Of a stretch of 64,000 nucleotides of DNA, positions 1-10,721 are shown one piece after another. Source of the DNA: an uncultured Elusimicrobia bacterium (GTDB lineage: Bacteria; Elusimicrobiota; Elusimicrobia; 2-01-FULL-59-12); the NCBI GenBank assembly GCA_963702895.1, contig OY969767.1:1344001-1408000 (forward strand), in the 5' to 3' direction. Every line of letters starts with the position of its first letter. The first letter of the stretch is position 1. The notes under the pieces are model-generated. The model did not search any database and was not told where the DNA came from. It was given only the letters and a program-made list of their open reading frames with translations. Made by a program: the position numbers and the translations under genes.

Positions 1-63
1 TCGACAATAGTAGAAGGGGCACCCGTATGGTACCCGTTCAACTACTGACGATGGGCAAAGTCC

Positions 64-333
64 TTATCGACGCAACTTCAGCTCATCGATCAGGTCGCGA
101 TACTTGTTTCGATCGACAGACCTGAGGTAATTGAGGTGCCTGCGGCGATTGCCGACAAGCTTCAACAATCCCTGGCGCGAGGCATAATCCTTGCCATGCG
201 CTTTGAAGTGCTGCGTGAGTTGGTTGATTCGTTCTGTGATGAGAGCGATCTGGATAGCCGAACTGCCGGAATCGGCGGCGTGCTTTCTAAATCGCTCGAT
301 CGTTGTCTTCTTTATTTCCTTGGTTAATGGCAT
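64..333 (-). CDS. rpsO: 30S ribosomal protein S15
   Basis: 89 aa; DSGSSAIQIALITERI, HGKDYASRQGLLKLVGNRRR. Confidence 0.98.
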   Translation of the reverse strand: MPLTKEIKKTTIERFRKHAADSGSSAIQIALITERINQLTQHFKAHGKDYASRQGLLKLVGNRRRHLNYLRSVDRNKYRDLIDELKLRR

Positions 334-364
334 GACGTTTGTTCATCTCCTAATTTGGTATGAA

Positions 365-1297
365 TTATATCGAAAAATGAGCTTTTCTGTAAAGTTTGGC
401 CTTCACGAGGTCCCGACGGATCTGTCGTTGAAGGGCTTGCCGAGATGGGAATCTTCGCTCTGCTCGTAATCGTCTCAAAAAAACAAGGCGTATTTGCTTA
501 CCATAGAGGCTTCCCGGCTTGCCCCAAAGGTAGACCTCACAGTGATCGTGATGGGACTGGGGCGCGAAGGTTGGGCGTGTTCCGACATTGCATAGGCCAT
601 CCCATCCCGAGAGCACCTCGGAGAGGCGCACCGGAAATTTCGTGGCAGGATGCGCTTTGACCCAATAAACACCCGGTGGCACGATTTTTCTTGGATCGAT
701 CTGGAGGTTGGCGGTCGGAAAACTTATCGTACGTCCACGATGGTCGCCATGAACGACCCGCCCTTCGACCGAGTAGGGATAACCGAGCAGGTGGTTCGCT
801 CGTTCGATTTTCCCCTCCGCCAGAAGCGTTCGGATCCGGCGCGAGGAGACAGCTCCTGTTTTCGTTCTCACATCATGAACGACGTCGACGCGCACCCCAT
901 AGGTCTTGCCCAGGGCCTTGAGCAGAGACAACCGTCCCGTGCGATTTTTACCGAAAGCCACCTTGGGGCCTACCACCATCACACGGGCTCGCCACTTGCG
1001 AACGATCGTTTCCCGGAAAAAGCGCTCCGGAGGCGTCGAAGCCGTCTTGCGGTTAAAAACCAAGACACCCAGGCTCTTGATGCCAAAAGTTCTCAACAGC
1101 ATTCGCTTTTCTGCGAGGGTGGTTAAAAGGATGGGCTGTGTCCCGGGCTCCCCGGCGTGCCTTGGCGGCATGTCAAAGGCAAGCGCCACCGGGGTCGCGC
1201 GAGAGGCCTTGGCCTGTTGAATGACTTTTTTAAAGAGGGCTTGGTGGCCGAGGTGCACACCGTCAAACGTCCCTAACGTGAGAACCGTCTTACGCAT
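365..1297 (-). CDS. ribF: Bifunctional riboflavin kinase/FAD synthetase
   Basis: GTFDGVHLGH, SSRRIR, GRTISFPTAN, NVGTRPTF; truB-ribF-rpsO synteny. Confidence 0.97.
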   Translation of the reverse strand: MRKTVLTLGTFDGVHLGHQALFKKVIQQAKASRATPVALAFDMPPRHAGEPGTQPILLTTLAEKRMLLRTFGIKSLGVLVFNRKTASTPPERFFRETIVRKWRARVMVVGPKVAFGKNRTGRLSLLKALGKTYGVRVDVVHDVRTKTGAVSSRRIRTLLAEGKIERANHLLGYPYSVEGRVVHGDHRGRTISFPTANLQIDPRKIVPPGVYWVKAHPATKFPVRLSEVLSGWDGLCNVGTRPTFAPQSHHDHCEVYLWGKPGSLYGKQIRLVFLRRLRAERRFPSRQALQRQIRRDLVKAKLYRKAHFSI

Positions 1298-2006
1298 AGG
1301 CGGCGGCTGAGGCCGGATCCGCTGGCAGGAGGGCCGCTCGCAAGACCGTCAGCGGATTTCGCTCGAGATCCTCCCAACGAAGGGCCTGGGCCAGGGCGTA
1401 GGGACCGATGCGTTCGCGCACCAATTCAGCCAAAGCGGAACAAGTCTCAAGTCGGGTGGCCACATCTTCAACGAGGCTGCGGATGTAGGTTCCTCTGGAA
1501 CATACGGCACGCGCTGCCCAGAGGGGCGGAAAGAATTCCAAGAGATCAAAGGACGTGATGGTGACGGGACGAGGCGCGCGCGGTATGTCCTGACCCTTTC
1601 GCGCGTACTCATAATAGGGCTTGCCTTTGTACTTCAAAGCAGCGTACTTCGGCGGCACCTGCTGGGTCATGCCTAAAAAAGAGCTCATGGCGGATCTCAG
1701 AGCCTCCGGGGTGACGTGAGCGAAGAGAGCTGTCCTCATCACCTTTCCCTGCATGTCGCCGGTATCGGTCCCCACGCCCAGCATCGCTCGGAAGAAATAA
1801 GTCTTCGGGAGGGCTAGAAAGTTGTCCTGATAGCGTGTCGCCTGGCCTACGAGCACAAGCAAAAGCCCCCGCGCGGCAGGGTCCAGTGTCCCACAATGTC
1901 CGGCGCGCTCCGCCTGGAGCGAGCGTTGGACCCCCTGAACGCACTGGAATGACGTCATACCGGCAGGTTTGTCGAGGAGCAGAAGTCCTTCGGGTTTCTC
2001 AAGCAC
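1290..2006 (-). CDS. truB: tRNA pseudouridine(55) synthase
   Basis: LDKPAGMTS, GHCGTLDP, CSRGTYIRSL; start inferred at GTG 2006 next to the rbfA stop. Confidence 0.95.
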   Translation of the reverse strand: MLEKPEGLLLLDKPAGMTSFQCVQGVQRSLQAERAGHCGTLDPAARGLLLVLVGQATRYQDNFLALPKTYFFRAMLGVGTDTGDMQGKVMRTALFAHVTPEALRSAMSSFLGMTQQVPPKYAALKYKGKPYYEYARKGQDIPRAPRPVTITSFDLLEFFPPLWAARAVCSRGTYIRSLVEDVATRLETCSALAELVRERIGPYALAQALRWEDLERNPLTVLRAALLPADPASAAAYA

Positions 2007-2364
2007 CTTGATCGTGTGGGTCTCGCTCGTGCTCCAGTTGGGTGAGGACCTCGAGCACCTTTTGCGCTTCTTCCGCACTATGGTCGAGAACAAACATCAA
2101 CTCCGGAGCGTTCTTTAGATTTTCAAGTTTTCGCAAACGCGCACGGAAGAAACCTTTGGCTCTCTCGAGGGTTTCCTGCGTTCGCTTTTTTTCGTCTGCG
2201 GACCCGAGGACCGAGTAGAAGACTTTCGCGAGGTTAAAATCGTGAGAGAGGCGCACCGCGAGCACGGTAATGAACCCCAAACCCGGGTCTTTGAGCTTGG
2301 GGATGAGCTTGGAGATTTCCTGCTGAATAAGCTCGGTCACGCGTTCTTGTCGTCGTAGACTCAT
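1999..2364 (-). CDS. rbfA: Ribosome-binding factor A
   Basis: RQERVTELIQQEIS..LKDPGLGFITV..PELMFVLD; infB-rbfA-truB order; start at ATG 2364. Confidence 0.96.
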   Translation of the reverse strand: MSLRRQERVTELIQQEISKLIPKLKDPGLGFITVLAVRLSHDFNLAKVFYSVLGSADEKKRTQETLERAKGFFRARLRKLENLKNAPELMFVLDHSAEEAQKVLEVLTQLEHERDPHDQGA

Positions 2365-2384
2365 AGGGATGTTGGAAGGCCGGT

Positions 2385-4826
2385 TTAGGCCTGGGGTTCC
2401 AGCTTGCGCGCCTTGGTCTCTTCGAGGAAGACTTCCACAACATCCTTCGCTTTGATGTCCTGGAAATTGCCAAGGCCAATACCACACTCAAATCCTTTGT
2501 CGACTTCCTTCACATCGTCCTTGAAGCGCCGGAGGGACTCGAGAACGCCCTCATGGACCAAGACGCCGTCCCGGATCAGGCGGACGCGCGCCCCACGGAT
2601 CAGCTTGCCTTCCAGAACAAAACTTCCGCCAATGGTGCCACCCTTGGAGAGCTTAAAGACGTCACGGATTTCCGCGCGACCCAACTTCACCTCGGTCTTC
2701 TCGGGCTCCAGCAAGCCCTCCATGGCGGCCCTCACATCCGCGATCGCCTCATAAATGATCCGATAGGTTTTGATTTCAACGTCCTCTTTTCGGGCCAAAT
2801 CCTCGGCCTTGCTGTCCGGGCGGATCCCGAAGCCAATGATGACCGCGTCCGAGGCGGCCGCCAGCGTCACGTCGGTCTCGTTGATGCCACCGACACCCGA
2901 ATGGATGACGTGAAGTCGTATTTCATCGGTCGACATCCGCTCGAGGGAGTCGCGCAGGGCCTGCACGGACCCCTGGACATCCGCCTTTAAGATGATCTTC
3001 AGCTCGCGCACTTTGCCTTCGGCGACTTTTTCATGCAGATTGGCGAGCGTGACATGACGCCTCTTCTGCACCTCTTCGGTGAGGATCATTTGCCGGCGCT
3101 CGACGAGCGTCCTGGCCTCGCGCTCGTCGAGAATGACTCTAAAGCGATCACCGGCTTGAGGCACAGCCGAGAACCCCAGCACTTCGACAGGGGTGGATGG
3201 ACCTGCTTGGCTCAAGCGCTCGCCGCGGTCGTCCTGCAGCGCGCGAACGCGCCCGTAGGTCACCCCGGCCACAACGACATCGCCGGTCTTCAGGTTCCCT
3301 TTCTGAATCAAGAGCGTTGCGGTCACACCACGCCGGGGGTCGAGCTTCGCCTCGATGACGACACCTTGTGCGGGTCGGTCAGGGTTCGCTTTGAGCTCCA
3401 TGAGCTCGGCTTCCAAAAGAAGCATTTCCAGGAGCTTCTCGATGTTCGTGCCCTTTTTAGCGGAGACTTCCACAAAAACAGTTTTACCGCCCCATTCCTC
3501 CGAGACCAGTTGGTGCTGGGAGAGCTCGCGGCGGATCTTTTCGACATCGGCTGTGGGTAAATCGATCTTGTTGACCGCAACCACGATCGGAACGCCCGCC
3601 GCGCGCGCATGGTCAATGGCCTCGATCGTTTGCGGCATCACGCCATCATCTGCGGCCACGACCAGAACCACGATGTCGGTCGCTTTGGCGCCGCGCGCGC
3701 GCATGGCCGTAAACGCTTCATGGCCAGGCGTATCCAGAAAGACCACATCCCCCTTGGGCGTAGGGACACGGTAGGCGCCAATGTGCTGGGTGATGCCGCC
3801 CGCTTCTTTCTCCGCAACGCGTGTTTTGCGAATCGTGTCGAGGAGGCTTGTCTTTCCGTGATCGACGTGTCCCATGATGGTGACCACGGGAGGTCGGGGC
3901 TTAAGCTGGCCCGGGTCGTCGATGTCCTCCTCGAGCTCGGCCTCACTCAGAATCGGAATAATATCAACGTCAAATCCGAAAGAATCGGCCGCCAGGGTCG
4001 CGATATCGGAATCGATCTGCTGATTGATGGTCACCATGCTGCCAAGACCAAGGAGTTTCTTAATCACGTCGATCGGTTTAACATTAAGCTTGTCTGACAA
4101 ATCTTTGACCGTGAGCACTTCCGGAATCCGGATCTTCTGACGAATCGATACAGCCGTCTCTTCGTGTGGCGAGCTCGGCGGCGTCGTTGTCGAGCCGGCC
4201 GCGGACGGAGCGCCAGCCAGAGGCGAGGCGGCCGTGGCACTCTTTGGAGAAGGACGCGAAAGCTGCGGTTTTAAGGGTGTTGGCGGTGGAAGCTTATAGG
4301 TGGCGGTGGGCTCGCTTTTGCCAGGCTCCTTCTTGGGAGCGGGCGAGGGCTTCGCTGCCTTATCCGCCGGCAAGGGTTTTGCGGACGGGGCACCCACCGC
4401 GGCAGACGACTTGGTCGCCGCCACTTTGGTCGTCGACGGTTTAGGTGGTTCTTGAACGACGGGTGGCGTCTCAGGACTGGGTGGCTTCGGTTCGGTGATC
4501 GGCGCCGGCTGCTTTTCAACGGGCTTGGCTGGTGGAGCTGGAGGCGGAGGAGCCGGAGGCGGGGGCGGGGGCGCCGGCTTCGGTGGCGGCGCCTTCGGTA
4601 TGACACGACGCGTCATCACACCGGTGACCCTGTGCAGCATGGGGGAAGGTGGCGCAACGGAAGCACGCTTAAGGGTCTTTAAGACCATCCGCTTCGGACC
4701 GGTCTTCTCTGGAACGGAGGACGCGTGGTCGACCGGAACCGCTTTTTCCTCGACCGAGCTCTTGGGCTTGTCTGCTTTGGCTGGTCCCTTCTTGGTGTGG
4801 GCGTCAGTTTTTTTCTTGGTTGTCAT
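2385..4826 (-). CDS. infB: Translation initiation factor IF-2
   Basis: [28 protein letters not shown]; Pro/Lys-rich N-terminus; start at ATG 4826. Confidence 0.98.
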   Translation of the reverse strand: MTTKKKTDAHTKKGPAKADKPKSSVEEKAVPVDHASSVPEKTGPKRMVLKTLKRASVAPPSPMLHRVTGVMTRRVIPKAPPPKPAPPPPPPAPPPPAPPAKPVEKQPAPITEPKPPSPETPPVVQEPPKPSTTKVAATKSSAAVGAPSAKPLPADKAAKPSPAPKKEPGKSEPTATYKLPPPTPLKPQLSRPSPKSATAASPLAGAPSAAGSTTTPPSSPHEETAVSIRQKIRIPEVLTVKDLSDKLNVKPIDVIKKLLGLGSMVTINQQIDSDIATLAADSFGFDVDIIPILSEAELEEDIDDPGQLKPRPPVVTIMGHVDHGKTSLLDTIRKTRVAEKEAGGITQHIGAYRVPTPKGDVVFLDTPGHEAFTAMRARGAKATDIVVLVVAADDGVMPQTIEAIDHARAAGVPIVVAVNKIDLPTADVEKIRRELSQHQLVSEEWGGKTVFVEVSAKKGTNIEKLLEMLLLEAELMELKANPDRPAQGVVIEAKLDPRRGVTATLLIQKGNLKTGDVVVAGVTYGRVRALQDDRGERLSQAGPSTPVEVLGFSAVPQAGDRFRVILDEREARTLVERRQMILTEEVQKRRHVTLANLHEKVAEGKVRELKIILKADVQGSVQALRDSLERMSTDEIRLHVIHSGVGGINETDVTLAAASDAVIIGFGIRPDSKAEDLARKEDVEIKTYRIIYEAIADVRAAMEGLLEPEKTEVKLGRAEIRDVFKLSKGGTIGGSFVLEGKLIRGARVRLIRDGVLVHEGVLESLRRFKDDVKEVDKGFECGIGLGNFQDIKAKDVVEVFLEETKARKLEPQA

Positions 4827-6165
4827 GTTGTTCTGCCGATTCGCCAGGGGAAGCCTCTTCGGCCGCAGCACTTTGCTGGGCCGTGTCTTCGACGGGTTGA
4901 GCGGCGGCCTCGTTCGCAAGTACCTTTTTGGCGGCTTCGATGATCTTGGCCGCTGTCTTTTCACCCACACCGCGAAGGACGGTCAAGTCATCCGGTTTAG
5001 CGCCGGCCAGCTTCTGAAGACTTCCCCATCCCCCCTTGATCAGAATGTCCGTCGTTTTCGGTCCTACCCCTTCCAGCTTGGAGAGCTCTTCGGCACTGTG
5101 CGCCGCGCGCTCTTGGGCCGCTTCTTTTCGCTGGGTCTCCGATTTGATGTCGATGTGCCAACCCGTGAGCCTGGCGGCCAGTCGTGCGTTCTGTCCCGAC
5201 TTGCCGATCGCTAGCGACAGCATATCATCGGACACCACAATCTCGGCCTGCTTTTCGGCTTCATGGATGATGTTAACAGATATGGCCTTGGCGGGTGAGA
5301 GGCTCGCCGCAATATATTTGCCAGGATCGGCAGACCAGGCGATGAGGTCGATCCGCTCGCCTCGCAACTCATCGATAATGGGGCGCACGCGCGACCCTTT
5401 CACACCCACGCAGGCGCCGACGGGATCGATCTTGGGGTTATTGGTTTTGACGGCCACCTTGGCTCGAAAACCGGGCTCCCGAACGACTTCGATCACTTCC
5501 ACCATCTTTTCATAAACTTCCGGGACTTCCTGCTCAAAGAGGCGCTGGACCACCAGCGGATGCGAGCGGCTCAGGAGGATCTTGGGGCCTCTCGAACCTC
5601 GCTCGACTTTAAGCACGACGACCTTCACGCGTTCCCCTATGGAAAAGCGTTCTCGGCGCACCTGCTCCCGAACGGGCAAGATGCCTTCCGTCTTGCCCAG
5701 GTCGATGATGATGTTGTGATCCACAAAACGATGGACCGTCCCGGCGACCATGGTCCCTTCTTTACTTTGATATTCTTCCAGAACGCTCTGGCGCTCCGTT
5801 TCCCGGATCTTTTGGATGATCACCTGCTTCGCCGTTTGCGCGGCGATTCGCGAAAAATCTTCCGTGATGACCGGGATGCGGACCTCTTCTTCGAGCTTGG
5901 CTTTGGCGTCATAGGTTTTAGCCCCAGCCAGGTCGATTTCGAGATTGTCGTTGGTGACCTGTTCCACCACTTTCTTGACCAGGAAGGCCTGGACTTCCGC
6001 TGTGTCCGGGTTGATGCGCGCTTCAAGGTTGACCATCTTCCCCGAATGCTTTTTGTAGGCCGAGACCAGCGCCTGCTCGATCATCTTCAAAATTTCATCT
6101 TTTTTAATGCCTTTGTCCCGCTCGATTTGCTCTAAAACGGGAAGTAACTCACTTTTTTCTGACAC
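4804..6165 (-). CDS. nusA: Transcription termination factor NusA
   Basis: FSRIAAQTAKQV, DPVGACVGVKGSR, AIGKSGQNARLAARLTGW, C-terminal HhH repeats. Confidence 0.98.
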   Translation of the reverse strand: MSEKSELLPVLEQIERDKGIKKDEILKMIEQALVSAYKKHSGKMVNLEARINPDTAEVQAFLVKKVVEQVTNDNLEIDLAGAKTYDAKAKLEEEVRIPVITEDFSRIAAQTAKQVIIQKIRETERQSVLEEYQSKEGTMVAGTVHRFVDHNIIIDLGKTEGILPVREQVRRERFSIGERVKVVVLKVERGSRGPKILLSRSHPLVVQRLFEQEVPEVYEKMVEVIEVVREPGFRAKVAVKTNNPKIDPVGACVGVKGSRVRPIIDELRGERIDLIAWSADPGKYIAASLSPAKAISVNIIHEAEKQAEIVVSDDMLSLAIGKSGQNARLAARLTGWHIDIKSETQRKEAAQERAAHSAEELSKLEGVGPKTTDILIKGGWGSLQKLAGAKPDDLTVLRGVGEKTAAKIIEAAKKVLANEAAAQPVEDTAQQSAAAEEASPGESAEQHDNQEKN

Positions 6166-6182
6166 GGTATTTCCTTTCTCCT

Positions 6183-6659
6183 TTAAAAGTGGATTTCAGG
6201 GTCCAGATGCGCCTTGGCGACATCCGCGAGCGGCAACACGAAGGATTGCTGGGAAACGTCCTGCACGACCACGGCCCCCGAATCGATCGATCGCAAGGTC
6301 CCCTTAAAATGACGCCGGCCGTTCAGCGGGGCATAGAGCGTCACATCCACTTTCTCGCCGATAAATCGCTTATAATCCGCCTCTTTTTTAAGCGGACGGT
6401 GTATCCCCGGGGAGGACACCTCGAGCCGATAGGGTTGGGCAATGATATCGGACGCGTCCAAATGCCTGCCCAAGTGGTCCGAGATCATCGCGCAGTCATC
6501 GAGCGTGATACCACCGGACTTGTCCAGATAAAACCGGAGCACCCATTGGCCATGTTCATGCACGAAAAGCAGATCAACGAGCTCCGCGCCGTGCTCGGCA
6601 AGCACCGGCCCTGCGAGCTGCTCGATCTGTTCCAAGAGAACGGTTTTCGCTGTTGCCAT
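6183..6659 (-). CDS. rimP: Ribosome maturation factor RimP
   Basis: GITLDDC, YRLEVSSPGIHRPL. Confidence 0.97.
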   Translation of the reverse strand: MATAKTVLLEQIEQLAGPVLAEHGAELVDLLFVHEHGQWVLRFYLDKSGGITLDDCAMISDHLGRHLDASDIIAQPYRLEVSSPGIHRPLKKEADYKRFIGEKVDVTLYAPLNGRRHFKGTLRSIDSGAVVVQDVSQQSFVLPLADVAKAHLDPEIHF

Positions 6660-6719
6660 AACAAAAAAGAGTGGCCCGCTTCGCCACTCTCAAGTGCCTT
6701 CATCGTACAAAAAAAGGGC

Positions 6720-8423
6720 CTAAGAGGCCAATGCCTGGAGCGCTTTCTTCATGGCGTCCTGCAAGATCACCTCTTCCGCCACGGGTGCTGAACGTTTACG
6801 GAGCTCCACTTTCCCCTCGCTCAATTTGCGTTCCCCCACCACCAGACGAACGGGAATGCCGATTAAATCCGCGTCTTTGAGCTTGACACCCGCGGTCGCG
6901 TCCCGGTCGTCCAGAAGGACATCCCCATGCTGCGAAAGCGCTTCCTGGTAGAGCTTTTCCGCCACTTCCTTCACCTTGGGATTCGAGACATTGAGCGGCA
7001 CAATGACGAGCTTCCAAGGCGCGAGGGCGATGGGCCAGACGATACCGTTGGCGTCGTGGCATTGCTCGATACAGGCCGCCACCACACGTGAAACCCCGAT
7101 ACCGTAGCAGCCCATGACGAAAGGTTTGGCCTTCCCTTGAGGATCGAGGTAGGTGGCCTTCATGCTGTCGGAATACTTGGTGCCCAGTTTGAACGTGTGC
7201 CCGACTTCGATACCGCGTGCATACGCCATCGGTTGGCCGCATTTGGGGCAGGGGTCCCCGGCAGCCGCTTTACGCAGATCGGCATAGCGTTCTGGCTTAA
7301 AATCCCGTTCCGGGACAACGTGTATCAGGTGTTTGTCCTTCTGATTCGCACCGCAAACCCCCTCTGTCATGGAACGTATGGCGTAATCGGCAACCATCTT
7401 GGCTTTCGACCCCACGGGCCCCGCAAATCCAACAGGGGAACCAGAGAGTTGTGTGTAAGTCGCTTCATTGGCTTTCACCACGCGAGAGACACCCAGAAGG
7501 CGCTGTAATTTGGCTTCGTTGAGTTCATGGTCTCCGCGCAGGAGCACCATCACGGGTGCTTCATCCGCCAAGACCACCAGAGCCTTGATAAAGTGCTGGG
7601 CCGGTTGATGGACTATTTTGGCGACGGCATCGACGCTCGAGGCGCCCGGGGTAGTCACTTCCGTCCAAGGTCCGAGGTCCGACGCCGGACGTCGCACGTC
7701 GGCCGGCTTGGGAAGTTCAGCGCGCTCCACATTGGCCGCATAGCCACAGGAGCAGCTGACGATGCCCTCTTCCCCCGTCTCGGCCAGGACCATAAATTCG
7801 TGAGAGAAGGAGCCGCCAATGGCCCCCGACTCCGCTTCGACGGGCCGGAACCTCAGTCCGCAGCGCGTAAAGATCTTTTGATAGGCTTCCACCATGCGCT
7901 TGTAGTACTGCTCGACATCGGCCTCATCGGCATGGAAGGAATAGGCATCCTTCATGAGGAATTCGCGCGCGCGCATCACCCCGAAGCGCGGCCTGATTTC
8001 ATCTCTGTACTTCACGCCGAATTGATAAAGCATCACGGGCAACGAGCGATAGGAGCGGATTTCTCTTCGGACAAGGTCTGTGATCACTTCCTCAGCCGTG
8101 GGCGCGAGACAAAATTCGGCTTCTTTGCGGTCTTGGAGTCGCATCAGTTCTTTGCCATAAAGACCCCATCGGCCGGTCTCCTCCCAAAGCTCTTTCGGCT
8201 GAAGTTGCGGCAACCAGACCTCTTGCCCCCCTGCGGCGTTCATCTCCTCGCGGACGATCTGCTCGACATGCCGCAGGACGCGAAGCCCCATGGGGAGCCA
8301 TTCGTAGAGGCCGGCGGCGAGTTTTCGAATCAGGCCCGCGCGCAGCATGAGCTGATGCGAGACGGTTTCCGCATCACTCGGAAGTTCACGTTGCGTCGGG
8401 ATAAAGGCTTGAGAGTATCTCAT
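6720..8423 (-). CDS. proS: Proline--tRNA ligase (with INS editing domain)
   Basis: SHQLMLRAG, RDEIRPRFGVMRAREFLMKDAYSF, GIEVGHTFKLG, MGCYGIG. Confidence 0.98.
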   Translation of the reverse strand: MRYSQAFIPTQRELPSDAETVSHQLMLRAGLIRKLAAGLYEWLPMGLRVLRHVEQIVREEMNAAGGQEVWLPQLQPKELWEETGRWGLYGKELMRLQDRKEAEFCLAPTAEEVITDLVRREIRSYRSLPVMLYQFGVKYRDEIRPRFGVMRAREFLMKDAYSFHADEADVEQYYKRMVEAYQKIFTRCGLRFRPVEAESGAIGGSFSHEFMVLAETGEEGIVSCSCGYAANVERAELPKPADVRRPASDLGPWTEVTTPGASSVDAVAKIVHQPAQHFIKALVVLADEAPVMVLLRGDHELNEAKLQRLLGVSRVVKANEATYTQLSGSPVGFAGPVGSKAKMVADYAIRSMTEGVCGANQKDKHLIHVVPERDFKPERYADLRKAAAGDPCPKCGQPMAYARGIEVGHTFKLGTKYSDSMKATYLDPQGKAKPFVMGCYGIGVSRVVAACIEQCHDANGIVWPIALAPWKLVIVPLNVSNPKVKEVAEKLYQEALSQHGDVLLDDRDATAGVKLKDADLIGIPVRLVVGERKLSEGKVELRKRSAPVAEEVILQDAMKKALQALAS

Positions 8424-9497
8424 CTATTTCCAGAAACCCAGGCGCCAGCGCAGGAGGTCCTGGTAAGAGGCATAAAGAAAGATCGTCAGCACCACCGACA
8501 GACCGATGGCATTGGCCACCTGCATGACCCGCTTGCTCAAGGGGCGGCGTAAGAGGCCCTCCATCGTGTAGAGGAGGATATGCCCCCCGTCCAACACCGG
8601 GATAGGGAACAGGTTGAAGAGACCGAGCCCCGTCGAAATGATCGCGATGAGATAAATGACATAGGAAAAACCCTCCCGTGTCGCTTTCGTGAACATCTGA
8701 GCAATCCCGAGGGGGCCGGAGAGATCCTTGGGTCCTTCCATATGGCGTATTTTGCTGTAAAGGTACTGAAGAGGCTGGATCGTCCATCCTTTCACATCTC
8801 GCCAAGCCGCCCGAAGGCTCCCTGCGGCGCCCGGCTTGATTTTGTCAATCTTCGGCATAATACCGATCAGCCCTCGGCCGGATTGCGGATCGCGCTTGGG
8901 CGTCAGAACCAGCCGAAGGGATTTCGAAGGAATGCCTTCGGCTTGAGGGCGTTCCAGCTGCACGCTCAGCTTTTCTTCGGGGTGGGCATGGATAAAGCGG
9001 GCCATTTCCTCCCAAGAGGTCATGGGGAGTTTGTTGATGCTCAGAATGCGGTCTTGTTCCTTGAGCCCGGCGAGCGCGGCGGGAAACGAAGGGACAACGG
9101 TCCCGACGACGGGAAGCGAGGAGGGCTGCATCACACCCGCAAAGGCAGCGACTAAAGCGAAGAGCACAAAAGCCAAAACATAGTTCATGGCCGGCCCGGC
9201 CAGGGCGATGAGATTTCGCCGGTACCAGGGTTGAGCGAAAAACTCATCCGGTTTATTCTTTCGCTCATCCTGGAATTCGCCTGCCATTTTGACCATGCCT
9301 CCCAGCGGCATGGCACAGATGGCGTAGCGGATTTTGTGATGGGTCCAGCCCACGATTTCGGGGCCGAAACCGACGGTGAATTTCTCCACACGCACCCCCA
9401 ACTTTAAAGCGACGATCAAATGGCCGATCTCGTGGATGACCACGACCAGACCCAGCGCGAGCAGGGTGATGAAAATTCGAAAGATGGAATCAATCAT
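8424..9497 (-). CDS. rseP: RIP metalloprotease RseP
   Basis: HEIGH, PDZ-like middle, NLFPIPVLDGG; start overlaps the dxr stop (ATGA). Confidence 0.95.
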   Translation of the reverse strand: MIDSIFRIFITLLALGLVVVIHEIGHLIVALKLGVRVEKFTVGFGPEIVGWTHHKIRYAICAMPLGGMVKMAGEFQDERKNKPDEFFAQPWYRRNLIALAGPAMNYVLAFVLFALVAAFAGVMQPSSLPVVGTVVPSFPAALAGLKEQDRILSINKLPMTSWEEMARFIHAHPEEKLSVQLERPQAEGIPSKSLRLVLTPKRDPQSGRGLIGIMPKIDKIKPGAAGSLRAAWRDVKGWTIQPLQYLYSKIRHMEGPKDLSGPLGIAQMFTKATREGFSYVIYLIAIISTGLGLFNLFPIPVLDGGHILLYTMEGLLRRPLSKRVMQVANAIGLSVVLTIFLYASYQDLLRWRLGFWK

Positions 9498-10714
9498 ACA
9501 AGAAGCTCCTTGGCGGTTTGGCGTGCCCATTGGTCTACAACCAACACGTGCTCGAGGCTCAGGCGCGCCGCACCTTTATGTTTCGACAACGTTTTCTCGA
9601 CAATTCTAGCAATGTCTGGAAAGCGGATCTGTCTGTTGAGGAACGCCTGGACAGCGATTTCGTCCGCGGCGTTCAGGACAGTGGGCCAACTGCCTCCCTT
9701 GCGCGCGGCTTCACGCGCCAGCGTCAAGCAGGGAAAGCGTTTGAAATTGGGTTCCATGAACTCCAGCTGCCGCACTTTGACCAAATCGAGGGTCTTCAGT
9801 CTTCCCGGACGCCTCGAAGGATAGGTCAGGGCGTATTGAATGGGAAGGCACATGTCCGGCCAAGAGAGCTGTGCGAGCATCGCCCCATCGGTAAAGTCGA
9901 CCAGAGAATGAACAATGGATTGCGGATGGATCACGATCTGAACACGGTCGATCGGAAGCCCGAAGAGAATCGAAGCCTCGATGGTCTCGATACCCTTATT
10001 CATGAGCGTCGCGCTATCGATCGTGATCTTTTTTCCCATTTTCCAGGTGGGGTGGTTGAGGGCCTGCTCGACCGTGACGCGGGAAAGGTCCCCCTTGTAC
10101 TGGTAGAAGGGCCCACCGGAAGCCGTCAGGATCAATCGATGAACATCCCGGCTCCGGGAACCTTGCAAACATTGGAAGATCGCAGAATGTTCGCTATCGA
10201 CGGGCAAGAGCGTGGCCTTCCAGCGGCGCACCTCGGCCATCACGAGTTCGCCCGCCATGACCAAGGCTTCTTTATTGGCCAGAGCAACGGTTTTGCCGGT
10301 CCGAATGGCCGCCAGGAGCGGCCGCAGGCCGATCGCGCCCACGACGGCGGACAAGACCACATCGGCGCCTGGCCACTGGGCCAGCTCCACTAAGCCTTCC
10401 ATCCCTGAGAGGACGACGAGCGCTTTGCCGCGGACACGCATGCCAAGATCACGGATCTTTTTCGCCTCGGGTTCTTCCCAGACCGCCACCGCTTCGGGCT
10501 GGCATCTCTTGATCTGTTCCAGCAACCGCACCCGATTCCCGTAGGCGCTCAATGCGACCACCCGATAGGAGGGTCCGAGGCGCTCCATCACATCGAGGGC
10601 GTTGACCCCAATGGAACCCGTCGAGCCCAGCAGGACGACTCGACGCTCGGGCAAGGGACCCTCGCGCAGCCGGCTGCGTTGAACGGATGTTTTCTCTGGC
10701 ATGAGAGTCGTCAT
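9494..10714 (-). CDS. dxr: 1-deoxy-D-xylulose-5-phosphate reductoisomerase
   Basis: LGSTGSIG, LANKE, PVDSEH, LTASGGPF, HPTWKMGKKITIDSAT. Confidence 0.98.
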   Translation of the reverse strand: MTTLMPEKTSVQRSRLREGPLPERRVVLLGSTGSIGVNALDVMERLGPSYRVVALSAYGNRVRLLEQIKRCQPEAVAVWEEPEAKKIRDLGMRVRGKALVVLSGMEGLVELAQWPGADVVLSAVVGAIGLRPLLAAIRTGKTVALANKEALVMAGELVMAEVRRWKATLLPVDSEHSAIFQCLQGSRSRDVHRLILTASGGPFYQYKGDLSRVTVEQALNHPTWKMGKKITIDSATLMNKGIETIEASILFGLPIDRVQIVIHPQSIVHSLVDFTDGAMLAQLSWPDMCLPIQYALTYPSRRPGRLKTLDLVKVRQLEFMEPNFKRFPCLTLAREAARKGGSWPTVLNAADEIAVQAFLNRQIRFPDIARIVEKTLSKHKGAARLSLEHVLVVDQWARQTAKELLV

Positions 10715-10721
10715 GGTAACG

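Noticed and set aside
4150..4826. Pro-rich IF-2 N-terminus as a novel domain
   Set aside because: IF-2 N-termini are commonly long, variable and low-complexity
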